Of a DNA stretch of 39,575 nucleotides, positions 29,071 to 38,287 are shown in pieces; within the stretch, counting starts at the first letter, position 1; the number at the start of each line of letters is the position of its first letter. The stretch lies in sequence record SRR31156797_1028; one strand, given 5' to 3'. The translations under genes and the position numbers were made by a program. The notes below the pieces were generated by a model that saw nothing but the letters and a program-made list of their open reading frames with translations, was not told where the DNA came from and did no database searches.

Positions 29071-30297
29071 TTGAACTGTCTTAAAATGAGTGAAAATGTC
29101 TTTCAGCTTAAGGTTAACATAGAAGAACCAGGCTATTTGTTTGAAGGGCTATGGCCAGTCCCTAATGGCGTGAGTATCAATAGCTATCTTGTTAAGGGTG
29201 AGAAAACAGCTATCATAGATTTAACACAGGATATTTATGATTTAACGCAATCTTTTGAACTTCAATTAGAGCAAGCTGGCGCAGGGTTGGAAGTCCTTGA
29301 TTATGTGATAATCAATCATATGGAGCCAGATCATTCAGGGCTGCTGCGCGACCTGGTAAAAAGAAATAGTACTTGTCGATTTGTCTGTTCAAAAAAGGCT
29401 GCGCCCTTATTGGAACACTTCAGCTCGGTTCCCATGGACAGGGTAGATACTGTTGAAGACGGCGACAGTTTAGATTTAGGGAATGGAATGGTTTTGCATT
29501 TCTACCTTATTCCCAATGTTCATTGGCCGGAAACCATGGCTACTTATCTTGATAATGATAAGATATTATTTCCGTGTGATGCTTTCGGCTCGTATGGTGC
29601 TGTGAAAGACCAAGTGTTTGATGATCAACTTTCTGAAGAAAGAGCAGCTTTTTTTGAACAGGAGGCCTTGCGCTACTACGCAAATATTGTTGCAACATTC
29701 TCTCCTTTTGTTGAGAAGGCAATCAGTAAGCTCGAAAGTTTGCAGATTAAAGTTATCGCTCCGTCTCATGGCATAGTTTGGCGAAAAGACCCGGCTGTGA
29801 TTATTGATCATTATAAACGTTATGCTTCATACGCAAAGGGGCCTGCAGAACCAGAGGTCTGTTTGGTATGGGCTTCAATGTATGGTAATACAGGGAAATC
29901 CATAGCATCTCTTATCAAAGGGATACGGTCTGAAGGTGTAGGTGTAACTGTTTTTCGTGCTCCCCAGGATGATCTGGGACATATATTAGCTGCGGCGTGG
30001 AAAGCGGCTGGATTGGTTTTTGCGATGCCTACTTATGAGTATAAAATGTTTCCACCAATGGCCCAGGTGATTGAAGACCTAATGGTCAAAAAGGTGAAAA
30101 ATAGAAAGGTGTTGCGGGTTGGTTCATATGGCTGGGTAGGTGGAGCGGAAAAAGACTTTAGAAGAAAAACCGAAAAGGCTGGATGGGATATCATGGAAAG
30201 TATTGAGTTTCAAGGGTGCCCAAGCAGTGCAGATTTAGCTGCAATGGAAGAAGCTGGTAAAAAGTTGGCTATGAATATAAAACAATTCTGCAATTAA
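29071..30297 (+). CDS. fprA: Class A flavodiiron protein (A-type flavoprotein; O2/NO reductase family)
   Basis: Diiron ligands NHMEPDH, HWPET, CDAFG, PSHG; flavodoxin SMYGNT and GSYGW; TTG start after AGGAG. Confidence 0.94.
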   Translation: MNCLKMSENVFQLKVNIEEPGYLFEGLWPVPNGVSINSYLVKGEKTAIIDLTQDIYDLTQSFELQLEQAGAGLEVLDYVIINHMEPDHSGLLRDLVKRNSTCRFVCSKKAAPLLEHFSSVPMDRVDTVEDGDSLDLGNGMVLHFYLIPNVHWPETMATYLDNDKILFPCDAFGSYGAVKDQVFDDQLSEERAAFFEQEALRYYANIVATFSPFVEKAISKLESLQIKVIAPSHGIVWRKDPAVIIDHYKRYASYAKGPAEPEVCLVWASMYGNTGKSIASLIKGIRSEGVGVTVFRAPQDDLGHILAAAWKAAGLVFAMPTYEYKMFPPMAQVIEDLMVKKVKNRKVLRVGSYGWVGGAEKDFRRKTEKAGWDIMESIEFQGCPSSADLAAMEEAGKKLAMNIKQFCN

Positions 30298-30302
30298 GCA
30301 AA

Positions 30303-30460
30303 CTAGCTTGAGTTCTCTCCTGGCTTTTTAAGATCAATGTTTTTGCTTTTTCTCATGACGTATCCTGTTGGAATCAGTTCGCCAAAACTAGAAACCAACA
30401 AAAAAAGATACGTCATTTCATTTTTATGTCTCCAGCAAACACCACTTTCGATCATAACTC
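30303..30460 (-). mobile_element. IS256-family left end plus first transposase codons
   Basis: Minus strand GAGTTATGATCGAAAGTGGTGTTTG matches the left end at 10339 (22/25); leader hairpin, then ATG 30356 MRKSKNIDLKKPGENSS*. Confidence 0.8.
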
Positions 30461-30585
30461 ATTTCTGATGCGGTTGTATTTGCTCCGTTATCTCCAGTTC
30501 GCTTTGTCTGTCTCACTTGGCGAGCTGACTCCATTTTTTAATCGCGCTCCACAAAGATAACCAGATTTGTCGATATTTTAATGCG

Positions 30586-30619
30586 TCCATTTTCCCAGAT
30601 AGTAGTCTGCTTTTCCGGA
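30586..30619. promoter_or_regulatory. Paired palindromic enhancer (UAS)-like sites, copy 3
   Basis: TCCA-TTTTCC-CAGA (30586-30599) and TCTG-CTTTTC-CGGA (30606-30619). Confidence 0.6.
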
Positions 30620-30763
30620 CAAAATGCAATCCTTTTAATCCAATCTCCAGGAAACAAGAATTCTAAAAACAATAATTTTCACTCCTCTTCCCTTTCAGCA
30701 ATTGCTTACTTCTTTTCTATTGTTAAGAGAAAATGAGAAGTGATCATTTAAGCTGAAGTGGTT

Positions 30764-30776
30764 TAAGTGTTTAATA
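30764..30776 (-). promoter_or_regulatory. IHF-like site between UAS and sigma54 promoter
   Basis: Minus strand TATTAAACACTTA, one mismatch to WATCAANNNNTTR, in an AT-rich tract. Confidence 0.4.
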
Positions 30777-30883
30777 TTTATTTGTTTTTATGGGTTTATT
30801 GTTTATGGCTTTCAAGATTTTCTTCGGTGATTGATGGGTTTTGAGTTCATTTTATTCTATGTGAGTAGAAATAAAAATAAAAG

Positions 30884-30899
30884 TGGCACACTCAATGCA
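30884..30899 (+). promoter_or_regulatory. Sigma54 -24/-12 promoter
   Basis: TGGCACACTCAATGCA: GG-N10-GC. Confidence 0.75.
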
Positions 30900-30909
30900 A
30901 TGAACTAAG

Positions 30910-31320
30910 TGTTCAACATTGAGGGAAAGTCGTCCTGCACTTGAAACAAAACAATTCAAGCGACTTATTAGATACAACTATAAAAAAAGATGACCTTGGC
31001 TTTGGTTGCGTGACCGTTAGTAGTTCATACTTTTTGTAAATAAAGGTCGCTTTGTATTTACAGTGGGTCGGCCCCCTTAGGGTGACTATAAAAGTAGGTA
31101 TAGGCCAAATAAGGCCATATCACCTTACTCTGTTGAAGCGATGATTGCTCATTACTGTTGAATATGCGGAGGCCTGACCAGTTAACGTCTATTCAATATT
31201 GTTTAATTTGCACTCACCAGCACCATAGTGCTCCAAGAGCAGCATGATTAATGGTGTACCATGAGAAGGCCCGTTTGTATTTACCGCGACGTACTTCAAC
31301 GGGCCTTCTCTTCTCCTTTC
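30910..31320 (+). ncRNA. Candidate sigma54-dependent structured ncRNA (~400 nt)
   Basis: Lies between a sigma54 promoter and a 13-bp terminal stem; serial hairpins; no ORF with an RBS seen. Confidence 0.5.
31263..31320 (+). terminator. Terminal stem-loop with pyrimidine tail
   Basis: GAGAAGGCCCGTT / AACGGGCCTTCTC perfect 13-bp stem (31263-31310), then TTCTCCTTTC. Confidence 0.65.
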
Positions 31321-32327
31321 ACGCCAATGGCTTATATTAATGAGTAGACTTTGGTGGCGAACGGAAACAATTGATTGGTAAAATAAGTATTTACTGTTTT
31401 TGTAATCCTTTGCTGGGGGTCTGTTCGTTACTCCGCCCTTAGTGAAAGGCTAAAATGAAAATCATGGGTTGAAGTCATTTACGCCGTGACGGTTTTTTTA
31501 TTAGTGGAAAGAAAAAGTAGGATTGCCTTATCAAGCTGCCATATCCGCATCCTGGCTGTTCTACGACACCCCCTCTGTCCTCTTTTAGGATTAAAGGCCC
31601 ATGATAGATGTTACTTGTACAGTAAAAGAGATTGATGCCATGAGATTTTTTTGTTTGCACGACTATGTGATGCAGGGAACTTATCTCCTTACACCTCTGC
31701 ATCACATGGTTAACACCATCGGCTAAATTGATATGCTATTGCAGTTAGTGTATCAGCTTTTATCATCACATTACTCAATGCTCCACCCTTTATGGCATCA
31801 GCGCTTATTGCAATGGATTGCCTGGGTATGGAGTCGTCCTCAAAAAGATAATATTTCGGTAGTGAACTAATTTACGATAACTGTTGTTCGCATTTTCAAG
31901 TTATTTGATGTTTGCATTGTTACCAGAGTCGTATTCTTGGTGGTAAAGACTACTAAAGATGAGACTTCATGCTCCCCAGGAAATATTCTTTTGCTAGTTC
32001 TCCCTTTTTTATCATATTATTAATACTATACTGTGCGTTAATCACACTTAGAGACATTATCTGCTCTCCAGCTCTTTGGAAGTGTGTAAGTGGAAATGTT
32101 CCTGGAATGTGAGGGAGCTGAAGAGATTCAGCCTGATGAGTAATGCGTATCATCTGTTTTGATAATGGAATGACCAACGTCAAATCCTCCCCTCATTCAT
32201 GACGATGTCAGGCAGGTTGTGACCTGTCTCGGGTATTGTTGAGTGGGTTAAGGTTCATATATCTTTGATTTTGATAAACATTACTTTCATGAGTTGGAAC
32301 TTGTAATACGATTGCCAGGAGATTGTA

Positions 32328-33902
32328 ATGATGGTTGATAAGCTGCCTAGGTTATTGCGCGAGGATGAACTTGCAGAAATGCGGGCAATGAGCATGGAGC
32401 GCCATGGCCTCGGGATATACCAGTATACGTTGAAGGGTGTTATAACCTATATAGATCGTGTTACTCTGGATATCTTTGACTTGACAGAAGATTATCCTGA
32501 TCCTTCGGTAGTGATTGGCAAAGAAATCAAGGACCTGATCGTTTATACCGCCAAGCAGGGTAGCGTGAGAGAGCGTGTCCAGGATGAGGGACATTTTTTT
32601 GGCCATACCTATCACTACAAAACACTCAAAGGTGATGATCGATGGTGCCTTCATGATGCCTACATGGTTCAGCACCCGGAAACTGGTCAAGATCTGGTAC
32701 ATATTGTCCTTCGAGACATTACTGAGCTAAAGCTAGCGGAGGAGAGTCAGAAAATTCTTCAAGAGCAACTGTATCAGGCTCAGAAAATGGAGGCCATCGG
32801 CCTGTTGACCGGCGGTATCGCCCATGATTTCAATAATATCCTCCAAGTCATCATAAGTAGCGGGGAAATTGCGATACTTGAAAGCGAAGCCGGAAAGCAA
32901 GTAATGAAGCGCCTAGAGGAAGTCGTGAAAGCTGGAAAAAGGGCTAAGGCGTTGGTGGCTCAGCTACTGGCCTACAGCCGCCAGCAGTTACTGGAGACAC
33001 GAGTTTTGAACCTCCGTGACCATGTACATGATATGCTGCAGATGCTTAAGCGTATCATAGGCGAAACGGTTACATTACGCTTCATTAGTGAGGATGATGG
33101 ATTGGTGGTTAAAGCGGATCCTGGGCAGTTGGGGCAAATACTGACTAATTTATGTGTAAACGCTCGTGACGCGATGTCCGGCCGGGGAGTCATAACTATT
33201 GAGGCGACCAAGGAACGTATTTCGGATGATTATTGTAAGGTGAATTCATGGGCTTCACCGGGCGAGTATATCGTTCTGGCGATATCAGATACTGGTTGCG
33301 GGATGAGCCGGGAAACGTTGTCTCGTATCTTTGAACCTTTCTTTACCACCAAAGAAGTCGGGCAGGGCTCGGGCTTGGGGCTTTCCACGGTATATGGAAT
33401 TGTTAAGCAACACCATGGGTTCACCAATGTGTATAGTGAAATTGGGCAAGGAACCACATTCAGGGTTTATCTGCCGCATGTAAATCAGGCAGTTTCTGCA
33501 GCGACGCAGCATATGGAGAAAAATCTGCCAACCGGTACAGAAACCATTCTTGTGGCAGAGGACGATGATGCTGTTCGGATGTTAACCTGTAACATACTTG
33601 AGCACGCTGGTTACCAGGTAATTGAAGCTCGAGATGGACTTGAAGCTGTTGAACGGTTTAAAAAGAGACACAGTGAGATTAATCTATTGCTGTTTGATGT
33701 TATAATGCCCTGCCTTGGGGGACCTGATGCTTACGCACAAATACGACAATCTCATCCGGATGTCAAAGTGCTGTTTACCAGCGGATACAGTATGAATGCC
33801 ATTTACTCGAATTTTGAACTGCATGACGGGGTTATGTTGCTTCGAAAACCAGCCGGTCGGCGTGATATTCTCGAGAAAGTTCGTGTCACTCTGGACTCCT
33901 GA
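32328..33902 (+). CDS. Cytoplasmic hybrid histidine kinase PAS-HisKA-HATPase-REC
   Basis: PAS-like N-terminus ending RDITE, AHDFNN, NARDAM, DTGCGM, GSGLGL, REC (AEDD, FDVIMP, RKP); RBS AGGAG. Confidence 0.94.
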   Translation: MMVDKLPRLLREDELAEMRAMSMERHGLGIYQYTLKGVITYIDRVTLDIFDLTEDYPDPSVVIGKEIKDLIVYTAKQGSVRERVQDEGHFFGHTYHYKTLKGDDRWCLHDAYMVQHPETGQDLVHIVLRDITELKLAEESQKILQEQLYQAQKMEAIGLLTGGIAHDFNNILQVIISSGEIAILESEAGKQVMKRLEEVVKAGKRAKALVAQLLAYSRQQLLETRVLNLRDHVHDMLQMLKRIIGETVTLRFISEDDGLVVKADPGQLGQILTNLCVNARDAMSGRGVITIEATKERISDDYCKVNSWASPGEYIVLAISDTGCGMSRETLSRIFEPFFTTKEVGQGSGLGLSTVYGIVKQHHGFTNVYSEIGQGTTFRVYLPHVNQAVSAATQHMEKNLPTGTETILVAEDDDAVRMLTCNILEHAGYQVIEARDGLEAVERFKKRHSEINLLLFDVIMPCLGGPDAYAQIRQSHPDVKVLFTSGYSMNAIYSNFELHDGVMLLRKPAGRRDILEKVRVTLDS

Positions 33903-34050
33903 TGTATTGGAATCAAAAAATATCCTACTACGTCTTGAATTTCAAAACTTAGTATTACCCGCCTATATGGAAATGTCTCTCCTTCAGGGGTGCAAGATTT
34001 GATTCTTCCCTGATGGTAGGTAATAATTAAAAATTAAAGATTATATCCCT

Positions 34051-35106
34051 ATGAATACTCAAATTACGGGTAATCTTGTTTCCCTGAAGTCTATCCAACC
34101 AAAAGACCTCCCCGTGCTATGGAAATTAATTTACGGAAAGGATAATCCTGAGTGGAAAAAATGGGATGCTCCGTATTTCCCCCTTAAAGCACAGGTATTG
34201 TCAGAGTACAAGAAGAGTATCACCGTGGCGGGAAGTTATGATTCAATTGCAAAATTAGCAATTTGGACTCCTGGGCAAAGGCTTATTGGCACTGTTGGTT
34301 ATTATTGGGAACATGAGCTCTCAAATTGGTTAGAAATTGGGATTTCTATCTATTTGAAACAATATTGGTCAAATGGTTTGGGAAAAGAGTCGTTAGCGCT
34401 ATGGATTTCTCATCTTTTTGAATCAATGCCACTGGTTCGAGTTGGCCTTACGACGTGGTCAGGAAACACAAGAATGCTAAAATGTGCTGAAAGCCTTGGC
34501 ATGAAACAGGAAGCAAGGCTAAGAAAATGTCGCTTTTGGGAAGGCGAGTATTATGACTCAATTCGGTATGGTGTTCTTCGAGAAGAATGGATAGGCCGTG
34601 AACCGAAGGGGAATCGAGACAAGATCCAGCCTGGCGTAATCATTCGGCAGGCAATGGGGACCGATGCCGAAGCCCTTGATTCTCTATATAGAATGCTGGT
34701 GGATAATCCTAACATTAACGTTTTACCTAAACGTTTGGAGTCAATATCAACAGATCCCCATACCTACCTACTTGTTTGTGAAGTGGATGGTATAGTGTGT
34801 GGAACAATTCTGCTAACTTTATGCTTGGACGCAATGTTTGGAGTACAACCTTTTGGTGTAATTGAGAATATTGTAGTGGCTGAAAGATGGCGTTCCAGTC
34901 GGCTTGGAAGTCAATTGCTAGCTCGCGTGGAAGCAATTTGTCAGCAGCACGATTGTTCTAAAATACTACTTTTGAGCTCAGCTGTGAGAGGGGCGGCACA
35001 TCGTTTTTTCCAGCAGCATGGTTTTTCTTCCTCCAATAAATCTGGTTTTGTCAAATATCGCAGCCAGTTTTCCCGTTCATGTCCGAACTGTGAATGTCAA
35101 CAATGA
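34051..35106 (+). CDS. Tandem GNAT acetyltransferase (RimJ/RimL-type fused to GNAT_1-type)
   Basis: Domain 1: WKKWDAPY, EIGISIY...WSNGLG, TTWSGN.RM; domain 2: IENIVV....RSSRLGSQL, AHRFF. Confidence 0.88.
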   Translation: MNTQITGNLVSLKSIQPKDLPVLWKLIYGKDNPEWKKWDAPYFPLKAQVLSEYKKSITVAGSYDSIAKLAIWTPGQRLIGTVGYYWEHELSNWLEIGISIYLKQYWSNGLGKESLALWISHLFESMPLVRVGLTTWSGNTRMLKCAESLGMKQEARLRKCRFWEGEYYDSIRYGVLREEWIGREPKGNRDKIQPGVIIRQAMGTDAEALDSLYRMLVDNPNINVLPKRLESISTDPHTYLLVCEVDGIVCGTILLTLCLDAMFGVQPFGVIENIVVAERWRSSRLGSQLLARVEAICQQHDCSKILLLSSAVRGAAHRFFQQHGFSSSNKSGFVKYRSQFSRSCPNCECQQ

Positions 35107-35709
35107 AGACGCAGGGGGAATTGAATGTTTATTGCTTTAACAGGTTATAAAAAGTCTGTCCAAATACCCAAAACTACTAGGCAATTTCGGTTTTGTTATA
35201 CTGGTCAATAGGCATGCTCTTTACTTCTGCCGCTCGATTAAAAGTAAGTTTTAGGGCTTCCCACGAACCTCACTCTTTTTCGTCTCTTCCGAAGAACCTG
35301 TGGATGCACAGTTTGTCAATCCTGACCTAACTGTCTCATATTTAGTTGATTTTTAGTGAAAGGGGAGGTGGGCGATAAGGGGCGCATCATGTTGTTTTCT
35401 AGCTTATTCTAAATTTAAACGTCATACCCTGCTATTGCTACCAGGGGAATTAAATCGAATGGCTGCTCTTATTCCCCTGGCGAGAGAACCAGCAATGGTA
35501 CTACCTCAGAATTATTGTAATTGGTGGGGAGAGCTTTATTCTCGGCAATTAATACTCAATAAAATATTTATGAATCCTTCGTGTCTGTCCGTGGTATTTT
35601 TATAACATGCCTTGACTTTAGAAGAAAAATCTAATTATTCAAGCCATCCTGTTGAAAATTGCTACATGCGATGCAGGTGCTAATTTTTTTTAAAACAACA
35701 ATACCACTG

Positions 35710-36132
35710 TCATTTTATACCTGGGGTCGATTCGGATTTACCAAAACGACCAAGCCAAATCGCCGACAGAACGAAAGCTCCAAGCACAGCATGTATTATC
35801 AACATAATGGTTCTTTGGGAGATAAATGACCAATCACCAAGGACTGATTGAGCGTTTGTTAAGGTAATTGCGGTGTCGTTTTTTAATGTGGATAATAAGT
35901 CCAACCGAAGGGCTTCTGTAAATGTGTACGAGCTCCACAGGCCAAATATATTCATCAGGACAAATACTAAGTAGCCTACTGTTATCAACACTTTAAGCTC
36001 CAATCGGAGGATTGCATTGGTCGAAACAAGCCAACCGAACAAAGCAAGTAGTGTGACTGTATAGAAATTCCAGTAAAACTCAATTTTCCCTGTAGACGCA
36101 AGAAACAAGTCCGCAATTTCCTTAATAGTCAC
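35710..36132 (-). CDS. Hypothetical membrane protein (about 3 TM)
   Basis: 140-aa ORF with hydrophobic segments; GTG start after GAGGGA. Confidence 0.7.
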   Translation of the reverse strand: MTIKEIADLFLASTGKIEFYWNFYTVTLLALFGWLVSTNAILRLELKVLITVGYLVFVLMNIFGLWSSYTFTEALRLDLLSTLKNDTAITLTNAQSVLGDWSFISQRTIMLIIHAVLGAFVLSAIWLGRFGKSESTPGIK

Positions 36133-36463
36133 TTTTACAATCCCTCATAATCTTATGCACGAATCTACTCGTACTTATCAATAGTGAGTTTTCAATATAT
36201 TGTACATTAATCACTCAATCCCTCTCAGGTCAAAAAAACCTCCCTTCTTTTGGCAGTGTTCAACCAATGCATATCAGAATGCTATATGGCCGCAGTTGTA
36301 TATGCGTATTTTTAATAGCTTCTGAATCCGTTGAGTGTTGTGTATATGACGCAAGCACCGGAAATCTTTTTGGTGTGGCTTTTAAACGATGTGTTTTGCC
36401 GCTACCATTTCAGGTAACGGCTTTAATAGCTAAAAAAAGTAAAATTTTTTCGGTGATACGTTT

Positions 36464-36643
36464 TTAACCAGAACATCTACAACCTGTTGGTTTCTGATCC
36501 TTACTTACTGATTCTTTTTCAGGTGCCTCATTCTTTAAGTCATCCTGAACTAGAAACTCTTCGAGCTCAATGGCATAACAACTCTCTTTTTTTGAGCCCC
36601 CGAAAATCTTACTGAATATTCCTTTTTGTTCTTTGGCTTTCAT
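36464..36643 (-). CDS. Small Cys-containing protein (59 aa), below the ORF-track cutoff
   Basis: MKAKEQKGIFSKIFGGSKKESCYAIELEEF...KPTGCRCSG*; purine-rich GAGAGAAG upstream; co-oriented directly after the permease. Confidence 0.65.
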   Translation of the reverse strand: MKAKEQKGIFSKIFGGSKKESCYAIELEEFLVQDDLKNEAPEKESVSKDQKPTGCRCSG

Positions 36644-36741
36644 TATTCTTCTCTTTATATTTTTGGTTTCACGGTCGACGATTCACGCCGTGGTTAAAAC
36701 AATCAATTTTAATGATCAAATTTACATTTAGATTCCTTTTC

Positions 36742-37641
36742 TTAGGCTAGCATGAGGTTGAAGGCAAAACCACCTACGACTGCTGTGGTGAAGATTACAA
36801 CAACAACTGATGCCACCAGACGTTTTCGGAAAATGCCAGCTAGCATGCTCATTTCTGGAATAGCCATACCAGCGCCACCTATGATTAGTGCGATTACAGC
36901 ACCCAAGCTCATTCCTTTTTCAGCTAGAGCCATACCAATAGGGATTGCAGTTTCAGCTCGGATATAAAGTGGGATGCCAATAAGAGCAGCAATTGGTATT
37001 GCAAACGGATTTTGAGGGCCAGCGAGGGAGATAACAAACTCTTCTGGCATATAACCGTATATTGCAGCACCGATGGCAACACCAATTAAAAGAAAAGGAA
37101 GGGCACTTACAAAATCTTTCCAGGCAGTAAGAAATGATACTTTCAGTTTACCTGTAAAGCTTAGCGGTTCATCGTTAGCTTCATTACCGCAACAGCTTTG
37201 TCGAAGTTGAACATTCTTCACCCATGCCAGACCACCAACCTTGTCTAGAATGACACCAAAGATAATAGAACCGAGAAATGTTATACCAAAATAGAGCAAA
37301 CATGCTTTTACTCCCATGAGAGCTGCTACCATCGCAATGATAATTGGGTTGAGCAGTGGTGACGCAATAACAAAAGACATAATCGGCCCAAATGGTGCAC
37401 CAGCTTTAAGTAGGCCCAAGGTCATAGGAATAGTGGAACAGGCGCAAAACGGGGTTAATGACCCTACAATCGCTGCTAGAAAATTTCCAGATATTCCACG
37501 TTTAGAGAGCCAGCTTCTTAATTTTTCTTGTGGTATATACATGAGCACCAAGGCAACTAGTGTGCTGATACCCAGAAAAAGGATTGTTAGTTCAGCGGTA
37601 ATGAACAGGAAAAATTCGATAGTCTTTGTAAGTGAATTCAT
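36742..37641 (-). CDS. DUF318 / ArsP-like permease
   Basis: TPFCACSTIP, SPLLNP, central SCCG loop, GIPLYIRAE..IPI, KGMSLGAV.ALIIGGAG..IPE. Confidence 0.9.
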   Translation of the reverse strand: MNSLTKTIEFFLFITAELTILFLGISTLVALVLMYIPQEKLRSWLSKRGISGNFLAAIVGSLTPFCACSTIPMTLGLLKAGAPFGPIMSFVIASPLLNPIIIAMVAALMGVKACLLYFGITFLGSIIFGVILDKVGGLAWVKNVQLRQSCCGNEANDEPLSFTGKLKVSFLTAWKDFVSALPFLLIGVAIGAAIYGYMPEEFVISLAGPQNPFAIPIAALIGIPLYIRAETAIPIGMALAEKGMSLGAVIALIIGGAGMAIPEMSMLAGIFRKRLVASVVVVIFTTAVVGGFAFNLMLA

Positions 37642-37658
37642 TGCACAGATCTCTTTAG

Positions 37659-37673
37659 GTTGACAGTGTCAAC
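37659..37673. promoter_or_regulatory. Putative MarR operator upstream of the permease
   Basis: Perfect palindrome GTTGACA-G-TGTCAAC, 17 nt upstream of the permease ATG; recurs at 38288 and 38316. Confidence 0.7.
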
Positions 37674-37682
37674 TATTTGGTC

Positions 37683-37739
37683 AAAAAAAGTACCAAGCAT
37701 ACATCAATAGGAAATTGCAATTGATGTATGCTTGGTACT
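37683..37739 (-). terminator. Intrinsic terminator after the MarR gene
   Basis: Perfect 20-bp stem (37689-37708 / 37720-37739) followed on the minus strand by a T run. Confidence 0.8.
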
Positions 37740-37763
37740 AGATAAAAATAATTAAAAGATAAG

Positions 37764-38210
37764 TTAGTTTCGTAAGACTTTTGCCAGGGTAAGTAAGGCA
37801 CTTTCGATATTATCAGCTTGATCAGCTGGAACCTTGTTCAGCACTGCTGATAGACGATCAACATAATAATTCCCCACACCTTCAAGCACGTTCTTACCTT
37901 TGTCAGTTGGAACAACGCAGCAAATACGGGCATCTACGCTGGACTTGATTTTGGTAATGTAACCTTTTTTTTCAAGGCGATTAACGATACGAGTAGCACC
38001 GCTCTTTGTGAATCCAAGTTGGTGGCCTATATGTTGTACTGGACAATTAACTGTATTTGCAGACGCTTCAAGCGCAAGATATTCAGGCATTGAAAGGTCT
38101 TCACAGCACTGCCCATCTAGTCCTTTAGGACCAAACTGCCAAACAATTTCTATCAATGCTTTACTGAGCTTGGTAGAGTTTTCTGAATTTACAACATTTA
38201 ACTTGCTCAT
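37764..38210 (-). CDS. Cys-rich MarR-family regulator
   Basis: wHTH (LGFTKSGATRIVNRLEKKGYI, DAR, TDKG); Cys at QCCE, NCP, ICCV; ATG 38210 after GGAG. Confidence 0.92.
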   Translation of the reverse strand: MSKLNVVNSENSTKLSKALIEIVWQFGPKGLDGQCCEDLSMPEYLALEASANTVNCPVQHIGHQLGFTKSGATRIVNRLEKKGYITKIKSSVDARICCVVPTDKGKNVLEGVGNYYVDRLSAVLNKVPADQADNIESALLTLAKVLRN

Positions 38211-38287
38211 GAATTTCTCCAAATTTGTTTTATAGCCAATTCAATAAGCAGTATTATAGGATCAATATTAAAATAGATCTTAAATTA

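Noticed and set aside
30910-31320. CsrB/RsmZ-type sponge, known riboswitch, or 27-aa peptide MRRPDQ...
   Set aside because: Few GGA motifs, no riboswitch consensus recognised, and no RBS for the peptide
31330-32300. About 1 kb with ORFs 31475-31705 and 31953-32183
   Set aside because: Possibly decayed gene debris; no similarity recognisable without a search
35326-35500. IS-end-like TAACTGTCTCATATTTAGTT and inverted repeat CCAGGGGAAT/ATTCCCCTGG (35441-35480)
   Set aside because: No partner end, transposase trace or second copy in the window
422-38235. Numerous 60-125 aa ORFs antisense to or overlapping long genes (e.g. 422-754, 1792-2163, 10421-10747, 26720-27049, 37316-37663)
   Set aside because: Shadow ORFs of well-supported genes, with no RBS or motifs
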